UHGV virus genome: UHGV-1434900
Length of the DNA stretch: 8,535 nucleotides
Origin: a virus
Direction: 5' to 3' (one strand)
The notes below the pieces were generated by a model that worked only from the letters and a program-made list of their open reading frames with translations, ran no database searches and was not told the DNA's origin. The position numbers were made by a program, and so were the translations under genes. Positions 1 to 5,977 of this stretch are shown in pieces (position 1 is the first letter of the stretch; each line of letters begins with the position of its first letter).

Positions 1-513
1 AAATATTGCGATTATTATAAAAAGAATAACAAGTAAAATGCCAAAGCTAAATGCCGCTATTCTCTCGTGTGCTTTTGTCAATTTTTCTTTTCCTTTATTG
101 TCAAATCCATATACTGGCATATCTTCATTAACGAAAAGATTCCTTATTTCTTTTGCAGAACGTTTGTCATGGGCTTTTACTATCCTTTGCATTGAAGCAA
201 AAGCAGTGGAGCTTGGTTTAATACTATTATCATTCATTACCTCTCTATATTTTTTGTAATGAGCTAAGATAAGGTGAAGAACATCAATGCATGTTTCTGC
301 AAGCCATTGATTCCATTGAGTATTATTTAATTCATCTACTGTTCTGTTATGTGCAGCGCAGTGTTCTAAATAGCCGAAAAAACTGTCTCCACATGAATTC
401 ACGGTATCAAAATCACATTTACCAGATAGGTAACACTCTAATGACTCAGTATATTTTTCATATAAACGCTCAATTTCTTTTTTTTGATTATCAATGATAC
501 CGTGAACATCCAT
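1..513 (-). CDS. Hypothetical protein, partial (open through window start); at least 171 aa, hydrophobic segment AFSFGILLVILFIIIAIF at the window edge
   Basis: Hand translation of the - strand from ATG at 513-511 gives 171 codons with no stop down to position 1 (MDVHGIIDNQKKEIERLYEKY...). Absent from the ORF track, probably because no stop lies in the window. No strong SD. The + strand ORFs 38-259 and 291-497 are its antisense shadows. Confidence 0.45.
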   Translation of the reverse strand, partial: MDVHGIIDNQKKEIERLYEKYTESLECYLSGKCDFDTVNSCGDSFFGYLEHCAAHNRTVDELNNTQWNQWLAETCIDVLHLILAHYKKYREVMNDNSIKPSSTAFASMQRIVKAHDKRSAKEIRNLFVNEDMPVYGFDNKGKEKLTKAHERIAAFSFGILLVILFIIIAIF

Positions 514-524
514 ATCTGATTTCA

Positions 525-800
525 CTATCTTTTTTGTTGAGTGTTATTTGACTGGGATTGAATTTTTGCCAATAGCGAACTTGCTTTCGATGTATTCAAT
601 CCATTACAAATCATTCTTGTAATCGGTTTTTTGTAAATTCGATGAACGATATTTTCAACTTCAGTGATGCTTTCATTGCCACTGAGTTTTTTTATCTCAT
701 TGAACATCTCCTCCAATTGTTCATTTGTTGGATGCCATTTGATTATATCTAATTCTTCCTCTAATGCTTTTTTAAAAAGGAAAACCTGAAAAGATAACAT
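525..800 (-). CDS. Hypothetical protein, 91 aa
   Basis: ORF with ATG at 800-798 preceded by AGGAAAG-type SD that lies in the last codons of the upstream ORF (coupling); AT-rich codon usage consistent with neighbours; no recognisable family. Confidence 0.5.
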   Translation of the reverse strand: MLSFQVFLFKKALEEELDIIKWHPTNEQLEEMFNEIKKLSGNESITEVENIVHRIYKKPITRMICNGLNTSKASSLLAKIQSQSNNTQQKR

Positions 801-801
801 A

Positions 802-1116
802 TTACTTTCCTTGTGTTGGTTTAGTAGTGGATTGTTGAGCTTTTTCTAAAAGCCTTTTTGCTTTAGATGTGTCCAAACCATCTTGGGCAAAGCCTTGTTG
901 CTTATCATTCTGTTTTTGTTCACTTTTTTTTGGCGTATTCATCAGTATATACTTTGACTCGTTTTGTTTATCTCGATGACTTACTTTTTGTTTAAGTTTT
1001 GCACAAACTAGAACGTGCAGTGTTGGTAATACTGCACGTTTGTACCATTCGTGGTACTTAATCCTTTTGTTTGGCAGACATGAGATCTTCTGCTGCATCT
1101 TTAGAGTAGTTATCAA
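802..1116 (-). CDS. Small lysine/glutamine-rich hypothetical protein; start uncertain (full ORF 104 aa; internal ATG at 942-940 would give 46 aa)
   Basis: ORF ends 1 nt before the next ORF start; its C-terminal tail (GLDTSKAKRLLEKAQQ) resembles the tail of the 525-800 product (GLNTSKASSLLAKIQ), with matching DNA similarity. The 5' part overlaps the 1058-1240 gene and a palindrome, so the long form is doubtful. Confidence 0.3.
   Translation of the reverse strand: MITTLKMQQKISCLPNKRIKYHEWYKRAVLPTLHVLVCAKLKQKVSHRDKQNESKYILMNTPKKSEQKQNDKQQGFAQDGLDTSKAKRLLEKAQQSTTKPTQGK
1012..1040. promoter_or_regulatory. Perfect 10-bp inverted repeat (AACGTGCAGT / ACTGCACGTT) with 9-nt spacer; operator or attenuator/terminator hairpin
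   Basis: Read directly from sequence; lies just downstream of the RHH-like gene on the - strand; no adjacent U-run, so not a classical intrinsic terminator. Confidence 0.35.
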
Positions 1117-1240
1117 TCAGATAACCTAAAATCTCTGTCCATGTAATTGTTTTTCCTAGTTTTACACTGGCATTTATAGCCAGTCGTTCTAGTTTCATTT
1201 TTCTTTCTTCCGTCACGTTATAAGTCGTGCGCTTTGCCAT
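1058..1240 (-). CDS. Small ribbon-helix-helix-like DNA-binding protein (CopG/ParD/Arc-type), 60 aa; candidate regulator or antitoxin
   Basis: MAKRTTYNVTEERKMKLERLAINASVKLGKTITWTEILGYLIDNY fits the beta-strand / helix / G-x-T turn / helix pattern of RHH proteins; divergently oriented to gII. Confidence 0.5.
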   Translation of the reverse strand: MAKRTTYNVTEERKMKLERLAINASVKLGKTITWTEILGYLIDNYSKDAAEDLMSAKQKD

Positions 1241-1367
1241 TTTTTACGCTCGTTCAATGCAATATTTGAAGTGAGTATACATGCTCATGAACTCATATCA
1301 TCCAAGCCTCTTGAACTCACTAGCTCACTGATGTAATGTTAAAACACTAATGAACTACTGAACTCAT
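1241..1367. promoter_or_regulatory. Divergent control region between the RHH gene and gII, with four direct TGAACT(C/A)(A/C)(T/C) repeats (1288-1296, 1312-1320, 1351-1359, 1359-1367) and a candidate sigma70 promoter toward gII (TTGAAC 1311-1316, 17-nt spacer, TAATGT 1334-1339)
   Basis: Repeats and promoter-like hexamers read from sequence; function is inferred (operator/iteron set and gII promoter). Confidence 0.4.
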
Positions 1368-2462
1368 GTGTTAGTAAGTCGTCATTTTTGCAATTTTGAG
1401 GATTTATTCGTGATCGATTGGCTTACCGGGATTTTCCCTTGCACACACAAACCGCTTCCGGCGGGGAGTGTTGTCAGCGTTGATGCTGACGGTGCAATTG
1501 AGTGGGAAACCGTTAAGCGACTGACTGTTCGCGGCTCGCATGAAGCAACGATGAAAGTACGATCGATAGGATCTAATGGCGAAGGTAAAGCGACACATTT
1601 GTACATTGATGGTAATCCGTCCAAGTTTTTGCAGGGGCATTCTGTTGTTGGGTCGGATGATATACAAGGGCTCATGTTGACGGTCTATGCCAGGATTTTA
1701 TCCTTATTGAATATTCCTCATGATTTAGCGTCTTATAAAGCTGTTATAGCAGGTCAGTATAAAATTTCACGTGTTGACATTAATTACATGTATTCATTAT
1801 CTACGCTAGAAAATGTCAGATCATGGCTTTATGCCGCCGAATTTAAAGCTAAAACACGCCATGGTCGCGCATGTGGGAAAGGCGGTACAGTTTATTTAGG
1901 TAAAAACTCCCGTCGATGGAGTCTGAAATTTTATTCAAAATATGATGAACACGTTTCGGGTAAAAAAGGGCACCAGATAGCCGAAGATTTTGTACGAGCC
2001 GGGTTACTGGACTGGACGAAAGATAAATTACGTATTGAATTAACATTAAGAACAACTGAGCTTATTGATTTAAATTTAACGCTTGGCGCTAACTGGAATA
2101 TGAAAACACCACGTCAATTATTCTCTGAATATGTAGGGAGAATAGAAATGAATCAGAATGCTATTTTAAGTGATGAAAAAATAACGAAACTGCCAAGAAA
2201 AATACAGTCAACTTATTTACTTTGGAAACAAGGGGCTAACATGAAAGAAATGTTACCTCATAACACTTTTTATCGCCATAGAAGAGAATTGCTTTCGTTC
2301 GGTATCGATATTAATTTCTATTGTGATTCACCAGACTCTAATAACGTTGTTCCGCTAATAAGAACGCTGGAAGCCAAGCCAGTGGAAATCCCCTTATGGA
2401 TTTATGAGAAAGGTTTTATTTTCGATTACAACCGTATTTCGCACGCCAGTAGCTGGCATTAA
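1368..2462 (+). CDS. gII: Gene II protein: rolling-circle replication initiator (nickase)
   Basis: Translation resembles Ff pII along its length (e.g. PSKFLQGHSVVG vs PAKVLQGHNVFG; C-terminal NNVVPLIR vs NNVVPLVR). No in-frame ATG until codon 62; the ORF opens with GTG at 1368 (no SD), and an in-frame GTG at 1410 has a good SD (GAGGA 1398-1402), so the true start may be 1410. Confidence 0.85.
   Translation: MLVSRHFCNFEDLFVIDWLTGIFPCTHKPLPAGSVVSVDADGAIEWETVKRLTVRGSHEATMKVRSIGSNGEGKATHLYIDGNPSKFLQGHSVVGSDDIQGLMLTVYARILSLLNIPHDLASYKAVIAGQYKISRVDINYMYSLSTLENVRSWLYAAEFKAKTRHGRACGKGGTVYLGKNSRRWSLKFYSKYDEHVSGKKGHQIAEDFVRAGLLDWTKDKLRIELTLRTTELIDLNLTLGANWNMKTPRQLFSEYVGRIEMNQNAILSDEKITKLPRKIQSTYLLWKQGANMKEMLPHNTFYRHRRELLSFGIDINFYCDSPDSNNVVPLIRTLEAKPVEIPLWIYEKGFIFDYNRISHASSWH
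2148..2462 (+). CDS. gX: Gene X protein: in-frame internal restart within gII, C-terminal 104 aa
   Basis: Internal ATG at 2148 preceded by GGGAGA (2134-2139); aligns with the Ff gX start (EMNQNAILSD vs SMNIYDDSAVLD). By analogy to Ff. Confidence 0.55.
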   Translation: MNQNAILSDEKITKLPRKIQSTYLLWKQGANMKEMLPHNTFYRHRRELLSFGIDINFYCDSPDSNNVVPLIRTLEAKPVEIPLWIYEKGFIFDYNRISHASSWH

Positions 2463-2473
2463 AGGAAAGTAAT

Positions 2474-2791
2474 ATGTCTAATTATGGTCTTTTCGTTAAG
2501 GGTAAAATGTTGGGAGCCCGCCAACGTAATAAAGTTAATGGTCAGGGCTATTATAATGAAATTGGTATTGGCCTTGAAATACCTGATGGTTTTGGTGGTA
2601 CAAAGCAGGATCAAATTATTATTCGAGTTTCTCAGACTCTCGTTAACGCAGGTCTAATGAACCAGGCGAATGCTTTCATTGGGAAATTAGTTCAAATTCC
2701 TGTCTATGTCCGTGCGTGGTCAATGGAGGGTAGGGAAGGTGTAACTTATAATGTTTCTTCCGATGGTGGCATCGCAGAGATCAAAGGTTAA
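2474..2791 (+). CDS. gV: Gene V-position protein, putative ssDNA-binding protein (105 aa; divergent from the 87-aa Ff pV)
   Basis: Sits immediately after gII with SD AGGAAAG; size and position fit pV; sequence similarity to Ff pV is weak, so the assignment is mainly positional. Confidence 0.6.
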   Translation: MSNYGLFVKGKMLGARQRNKVNGQGYYNEIGIGLEIPDGFGGTKQDQIIIRVSQTLVNAGLMNQANAFIGKLVQIPVYVRAWSMEGREGVTYNVSSDGGIAEIKG

Positions 2792-2793
2792 AT

Positions 2794-2880
2794 ATGGACG
2801 ATGTTATTCAAATTTTGATAGCGTCTGGCATCGTTATTTCTTTTGGCCTCGGCGCGATTACTGCGGGGGTCTTTCGTTAA
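2794..2880 (+). CDS. gVII: Gene VII minor coat protein (28 aa, hydrophobic)
   Basis: ATG 2794 right after the gV stop; MDDVIQILIASGIVISFGLGAITAGVFR; its stop overlaps the gIX start (TAATG) as in Ff. Confidence 0.6.
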   Translation: MDDVIQILIASGIVISFGLGAITAGVFR

Positions 2881-2975
2881 TGTATATCGTTTATTTCTTC
2901 GGGGCTTATACCTTTGGTTTTGCCCTTTTCTATGCGGTCGGTTCATTTAAATCATTTTCTGACCGATTAATGTAA
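2880..2975 (+). CDS. gIX: Gene IX minor coat protein (31 aa, hydrophobic)
   Basis: ATG 2880 overlapping the gVII stop; MYIVYFFGAYTFGFALFYAVGSFKSFSDRLM; ends in RLM like Ff pIX. Confidence 0.6.
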   Translation: MYIVYFFGAYTFGFALFYAVGSFKSFSDRLM

Positions 2976-2994
2976 CCTTAATGGAGTTATTCCT

Positions 2995-3237
2995 ATGAAA
3001 ATTCTGTCTACTGTTAAATATAAAGTTGCTCTGGCTTCAACTGCGCTTTTTGTTTCTGCAAGTTCTTTTGCGGCTGAAGGCGCTACAGGTGGTACTGATT
3101 ATGCAGGTCAGGCAATGGATGCTTTGTTGACTCAGGCAAATGATCTCATTGGTAAAGTATGGCCTGTTGTTGTGGCTGTGGTTGGCGCTGGGCTTGCCAT
3201 TCGTATTTTCAAAAAATTCTCTTCAAAAGCGGTTTGA
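2995..3237 (+). CDS. gVIII: Gene VIII major coat protein precursor (signal peptide + about 54-aa mature coat)
   Basis: GGAG SD; [26 protein letters not shown] / AEGATGG...[25 protein letters not shown] closely resembles Ff/IKe coat (acidic N-terminus, hydrophobic core, basic KKF(S/T)SKA C-terminus). Confidence 0.92.
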   Translation: MKILSTVKYKVALASTALFVSASSFAAEGATGGTDYAGQAMDALLTQANDLIGKVWPVVVAVVGAGLAIRIFKKFSSKAV

Positions 3238-3246
3238 ATTTCACTC

Positions 3247-3270
3247 AGGGGCACTCGTTGCCCCTTTATT
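3247..3270 (+). terminator. Rho-independent terminator after gVIII (AGGGGC-loop-GCCCCT followed by TTTATT)
   Basis: GC stem plus T-rich tail read from sequence; same position as the central terminator of Ff phage. Confidence 0.7.
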
Positions 3271-3283
3271 AAAGCGGGTTACT

Positions 3284-4534
3284 ATGAAAAGGAAAATATT
3301 AATTCTTTCCGCTGTCCTCATTTCTCCTTTTTCACATGCTGAGTCATGGGAAAGCATTACTAAATCCACTTATCAAAGCTCTGCCTACGCTGAAAGTAAG
3401 CAAATAACCAATCAGGATGGCTCTAAGTCAACGGTTTACTATATTGATGCTGCTATGCAGGCCTCCGCTTGTCAGGGTGCTAAATCCAGTGCTCAGAGTG
3501 TATTTACTCAGGTTAAACCAACTTATGAGGGTATCTGGCCTGATTCTGAATTCCGTCTTGTTTTTACTGGTGATTGTACTTACAGCGATTCACCAGGGCA
3601 GAAGGATAAATATTGGTCTTTAACGGCTTATATTGTTGGTGATATTCAGCGTTCTGTTCCTGATGAAAAACCTACTGACCCGACACCAGAAGAAATTTGT
3701 GAAGCGAAGCCGCCAGAAGAAGGTGTATTTAATAATGTTGATTCATATGATGGTGGTCGTTATATCTACTATAACGGCTGTGAATATGAGGCTACTGGTG
3801 TCATTGTTTGTCAGGGTGATGGTACTGTTTGCGCTGCAACATGGAAGCCTACAGGTACTGTAGCTGACCCCTCTGATAAACCCTCAACCCCCCAAAATGG
3901 TGGTGGTGAGTCTGGCGGTGGTGAGTCTGGCGGTGGTGAGTCCGGTGGCGGTAGTTCTGGCGGTGGTGAGTCCGGTGGCGGTAGTTCTGGCGGTGGCTTT
4001 AGTGGTTCCAGTCTTTCTAAAGGTGATATTCAGTCTGCTATCGAAGGTGCTTCACCCAAAATAGCCAGCGATATTCATGATAAATTAACGGAGAAAGACA
4101 CTTCATCAGATGATAAAAAAAATGCCGATGAACAAACTAGGAATAATATAAATCGTCTTGACGATTCCATTAACAATCTTACGCGGGGGGCTGGCCGTTT
4201 TGCTGACCCTTCAGGTGGTGATTCTCGTTATGGAAAGGGCGACTCTGAATTAGATGGCGCTTCTACTTTGGCTGATTCTGAATTGGGAATTGAAAAGGAT
4301 TCTCACGGTGCTTTATGGGAAGCATTTTTAAATAAAGGTGCTATGCTGCCTAATTTACCCAATGGTAACGGCTGCTCTGATTTTATTATTTTTCCCGGAG
4401 AGGTTTATCAGATTGATATTGGTTGCGATAAATTACTGACTATTAAAGATGTTCTTTCATGGGTTTTTTATTGCCTTACGTTCTGGTATGTCTTTACTTC
4501 TTTAACTTCATTGCTTCGCAAAGGGGGTGAGTGA
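3284..4534 (+). CDS. gIII: Gene III adsorption/minor coat protein (416 aa incl. signal peptide)
   Basis: Signal peptide [19 protein letters not shown]; internal Ff N1-like TolA-binding motif [33 protein letters not shown] (vs Ff RYANYEGCLWNATGVVVCTGDETQCYGTWVPIG); Gly/Ser/Glu linker; C-terminal anchor [17 protein letters not shown]. The ORF-track start at 3140 overlaps gVIII and the terminator and is rejected. Confidence 0.9.
   Translation: MKRKILILSAVLISPFSHAESWESITKSTYQSSAYAESKQITNQDGSKSTVYYIDAAMQASACQGAKSSAQSVFTQVKPTYEGIWPDSEFRLVFTGDCTYSDSPGQKDKYWSLTAYIVGDIQRSVPDEKPTDPTPEEICEAKPPEEGVFNNVDSYDGGRYIYYNGCEYEATGVIVCQGDGTVCAATWKPTGTVADPSDKPSTPQNGGGESGGGESGGGESGGGSSGGGESGGGSSGGGFSGSSLSKGDIQSAIEGASPKIASDIHDKLTEKDTSSDDKKNADEQTRNNINRLDDSINNLTRGAGRFADPSGGDSRYGKGDSELDGASTLADSELGIEKDSHGALWEAFLNKGAMLPNLPNGNGCSDFIIFPGEVYQIDIGCDKLLTIKDVLSWVFYCLTFWYVFTSLTSLLRKGGE
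3898..3993 (+). repeat. Coding tandem repeat for the gIII glycine-rich linker (15-bp unit x2 at 3901-3930; perfect 30-bp unit x2 at 3931-3990)
   Basis: Directly visible: ggtggtgagtctggc x2, then ggtggtgagtccggtggcggtagttctggc x2, giving [10 protein letters not shown]...GGGSS. Confidence 0.85.
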
Positions 4535-4875
4535 TGCCTTTATTATTAGGTATTCCTGCATTGTTGCGTTTTCTTATTGGTCTTGTTCCTTTGTTTATTG
4601 GCTATGTGGCGAGTTTTTTAGCTCGACTTGCTACCAGAACAGGATTAATCGCCTTTGCATTGGTCGCATTAATTACAACAACTGTTACGCTTTTAATGCA
4701 GTACCTTGCTGAGGTCATGTATAACGGTTTACCTGCTGATTTCTCCCATTTAATGGCGTCTGTATTGCCTGACCATTTTCAGGCGTGTGTTAACGTTATT
4801 ATGGTTACTCGTATCAGTGTTTTTGTTTTCGATTTAAAACAAAAATTTCTTGATTATGCAAACAGGGTGATTTAA
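4534..4875 (+). CDS. gVI: Gene VI minor coat protein (113 aa, membrane)
   Basis: ATG 4534 overlaps the gIII stop (TGATG); [16 protein letters not shown]... resembles Ff pVI (MPVLLGIPLLLRFLGF...). Confidence 0.85.
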   Translation: MPLLLGIPALLRFLIGLVPLFIGYVASFLARLATRTGLIAFALVALITTTVTLLMQYLAEVMYNGLPADFSHLMASVLPDHFQACVNVIMVTRISVFVFDLKQKFLDYANRVI

Positions 4876-5970
4876 ATGGCGGTTCATGTAGTAACAGGCA
4901 AATTAGGCTCAGGCAAGACACTTGTTAGTGTTTCCAGAATACAGGAAAGACTTGCTAAGGGTTGTCCTGTTGCCACTAATCTTGATCTTAAATTGCATAA
5001 TATGCCTATGGTTGGGCGTTATGCGAAAAAAACGCGCGTTATTCGCATTCCTGACAAGCCTTCATTAAATGATTTACTTGCTATTGGTATTGGGAATACA
5101 TCTTACGATGAATCCCGTAATGGCCTCCTTGTACTTGATGAATGTGGTACTTGGTTTAATTCCCGCTCATGGGGTGATAAAGACAGACAACCTGTTATTG
5201 ACTGGTTTTTACATGCCAGAAAATTAGGCTGGGATATTATATTTTTGATTCAGGATATTTCGATAATGGATAAGCAAGCTCGTCTGGCGCTTGCTGAGCA
5301 TGTTGTTTATTGTCGCCGTTCAGATAAATTAAACATTCCTTTTGTTGGCTCCATTATGAATTTGGTTTCAGGGGCGCGATTTTCTTTACCAAAGGTACAC
5401 TTTGGCATTGTCAAATATGGTGATAACGTTAATTCAATTACTGTTGATAAATGGATATACACCGGAAAATCATTATATTCCGCCTACAATACAAAACAGG
5501 TTTTTACTGATAACTATCCGCATGGTGCTTATTCGCTTTTGCCACCATTTATCACGCACGGTCAATTTTCTGTTCACAGAGGATTTAATTATTATATGCG
5601 CCTCACGAAAATTTATTTTCGCAAATCGAACCGTCTTATATTAATGCTTTCTTTTTTGGCGCTGGGGCTTGCGCTTGGTTTCTGGCTCCAGTCTGGAAAG
5701 AATGTTGATGAAATCTCCGCTATTAAATCTGCTTATGCTGAACAGGCGAGGGCGGTAACGCCTGATTCGTCCAGTGACTTACCCCGACTTTCTATTAATT
5801 CTTTTTCACAACTTGGCTTTGACGTTTCCGTTACGTTTGTTGATGCAAAAGGTACGAAATATCAGTATTTTGATTTGATTAAAGATGGTTATTCCGTTGA
5901 TATTAAAGATGCCTGTCGTGTTGTTATTAGAAAAGGCCGTTATTTACAGACTGTTATCTGTCAGGAGTAA
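4876..5970 (+). CDS. gI: Gene I assembly ATPase (Zot-like, Walker A GKLGSGKT)
   Basis: Strong similarity to Ff pI along the whole length (MAVHVVTGKLGSGKTLVSV..., LLVLDECGTWFNSRSW, DWFLHARKLGWDIIFL); starts right after the gVI stop. Confidence 0.93.
   Translation: MAVHVVTGKLGSGKTLVSVSRIQERLAKGCPVATNLDLKLHNMPMVGRYAKKTRVIRIPDKPSLNDLLAIGIGNTSYDESRNGLLVLDECGTWFNSRSWGDKDRQPVIDWFLHARKLGWDIIFLIQDISIMDKQARLALAEHVVYCRRSDKLNIPFVGSIMNLVSGARFSLPKVHFGIVKYGDNVNSITVDKWIYTGKSLYSAYNTKQVFTDNYPHGAYSLLPPFITHGQFSVHRGFNYYMRLTKIYFRKSNRLILMLSFLALGLALGFWLQSGKNVDEISAIKSAYAEQARAVTPDSSSDLPRLSINSFSQLGFDVSVTFVDAKGTKYQYFDLIKDGYSVDIKDACRVVIRKGRYLQTVICQE
5596..5970 (+). CDS. gXI: Gene XI protein: in-frame internal restart within gI (C-terminal 124 aa with TM segment)
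   Basis: Internal ATG at codon 241 of gI (MRLTKIYFRK...) corresponds to the Ff pXI start (MKLTKIYLKK); by analogy only. Confidence 0.5.
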   Translation: MRLTKIYFRKSNRLILMLSFLALGLALGFWLQSGKNVDEISAIKSAYAEQARAVTPDSSSDLPRLSINSFSQLGFDVSVTFVDAKGTKYQYFDLIKDGYSVDIKDACRVVIRKGRYLQTVICQE

Positions 5971-5977
5971 TATTATT

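Noticed and set aside
38-497. Plus-strand ORFs 38-259 and 291-497 from the ORF track
   Set aside because: They lie antisense to the uninterrupted 171-codon minus-strand ORF (1-513) and translate to low-complexity, junk-like peptides; treated as shadow ORFs.
1317-1344. dif-like half-site TAATGTTAAAA (9/11 to the XerD arm) upstream of gII as a possible left junction
   Set aside because: The adjoining XerC arm and central region match dif poorly (2/11 and 2/6), and a left junction should carry a good host XerC arm; a 9/11 AT-rich match is plausibly chance. The real left junction is probably outside the window.
1382-2055. Minus-strand ORFs 1382-1675, 1404-1667 and 1849-2055
   Set aside because: They lie entirely inside gII on the opposite strand; gII has clear homology, so these are antisense artefacts.
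3140-3283. N-terminal extension of the gIII ORF from ATG 3140
   Set aside because: It overlaps the gVIII coding region and the gVIII terminator; the signal-peptide start at ATG 3284 matches the Ff g3p architecture.
3417-3863. ORFs 3417-3623 and 3633-3863 within gIII
   Set aside because: Alternative-frame ORFs inside the well-supported gIII; no independent support.
3898-3993. Tandem repeats as a possible CRISPR or satellite array
   Set aside because: They are in-frame coding repeats for the gIII Gly/Ser/Glu linker, with no spacer-repeat organisation.
4527-4712. ORF 4527-4712
   Set aside because: Out-of-frame overlap with gVI; gVI is supported by homology.
5402-5644. ORF 5402-5644 inside gI
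   Set aside because: Alternative frame within gI; the in-frame gXI restart at 5596 is the expected internal product.
5885-5977. Upstream extension of the gIV ORF to ATG 5885
   Set aside because: It overlaps the gI 3' end; ATG 5978 has an AGGAG SD and begins a typical secretin signal peptide.
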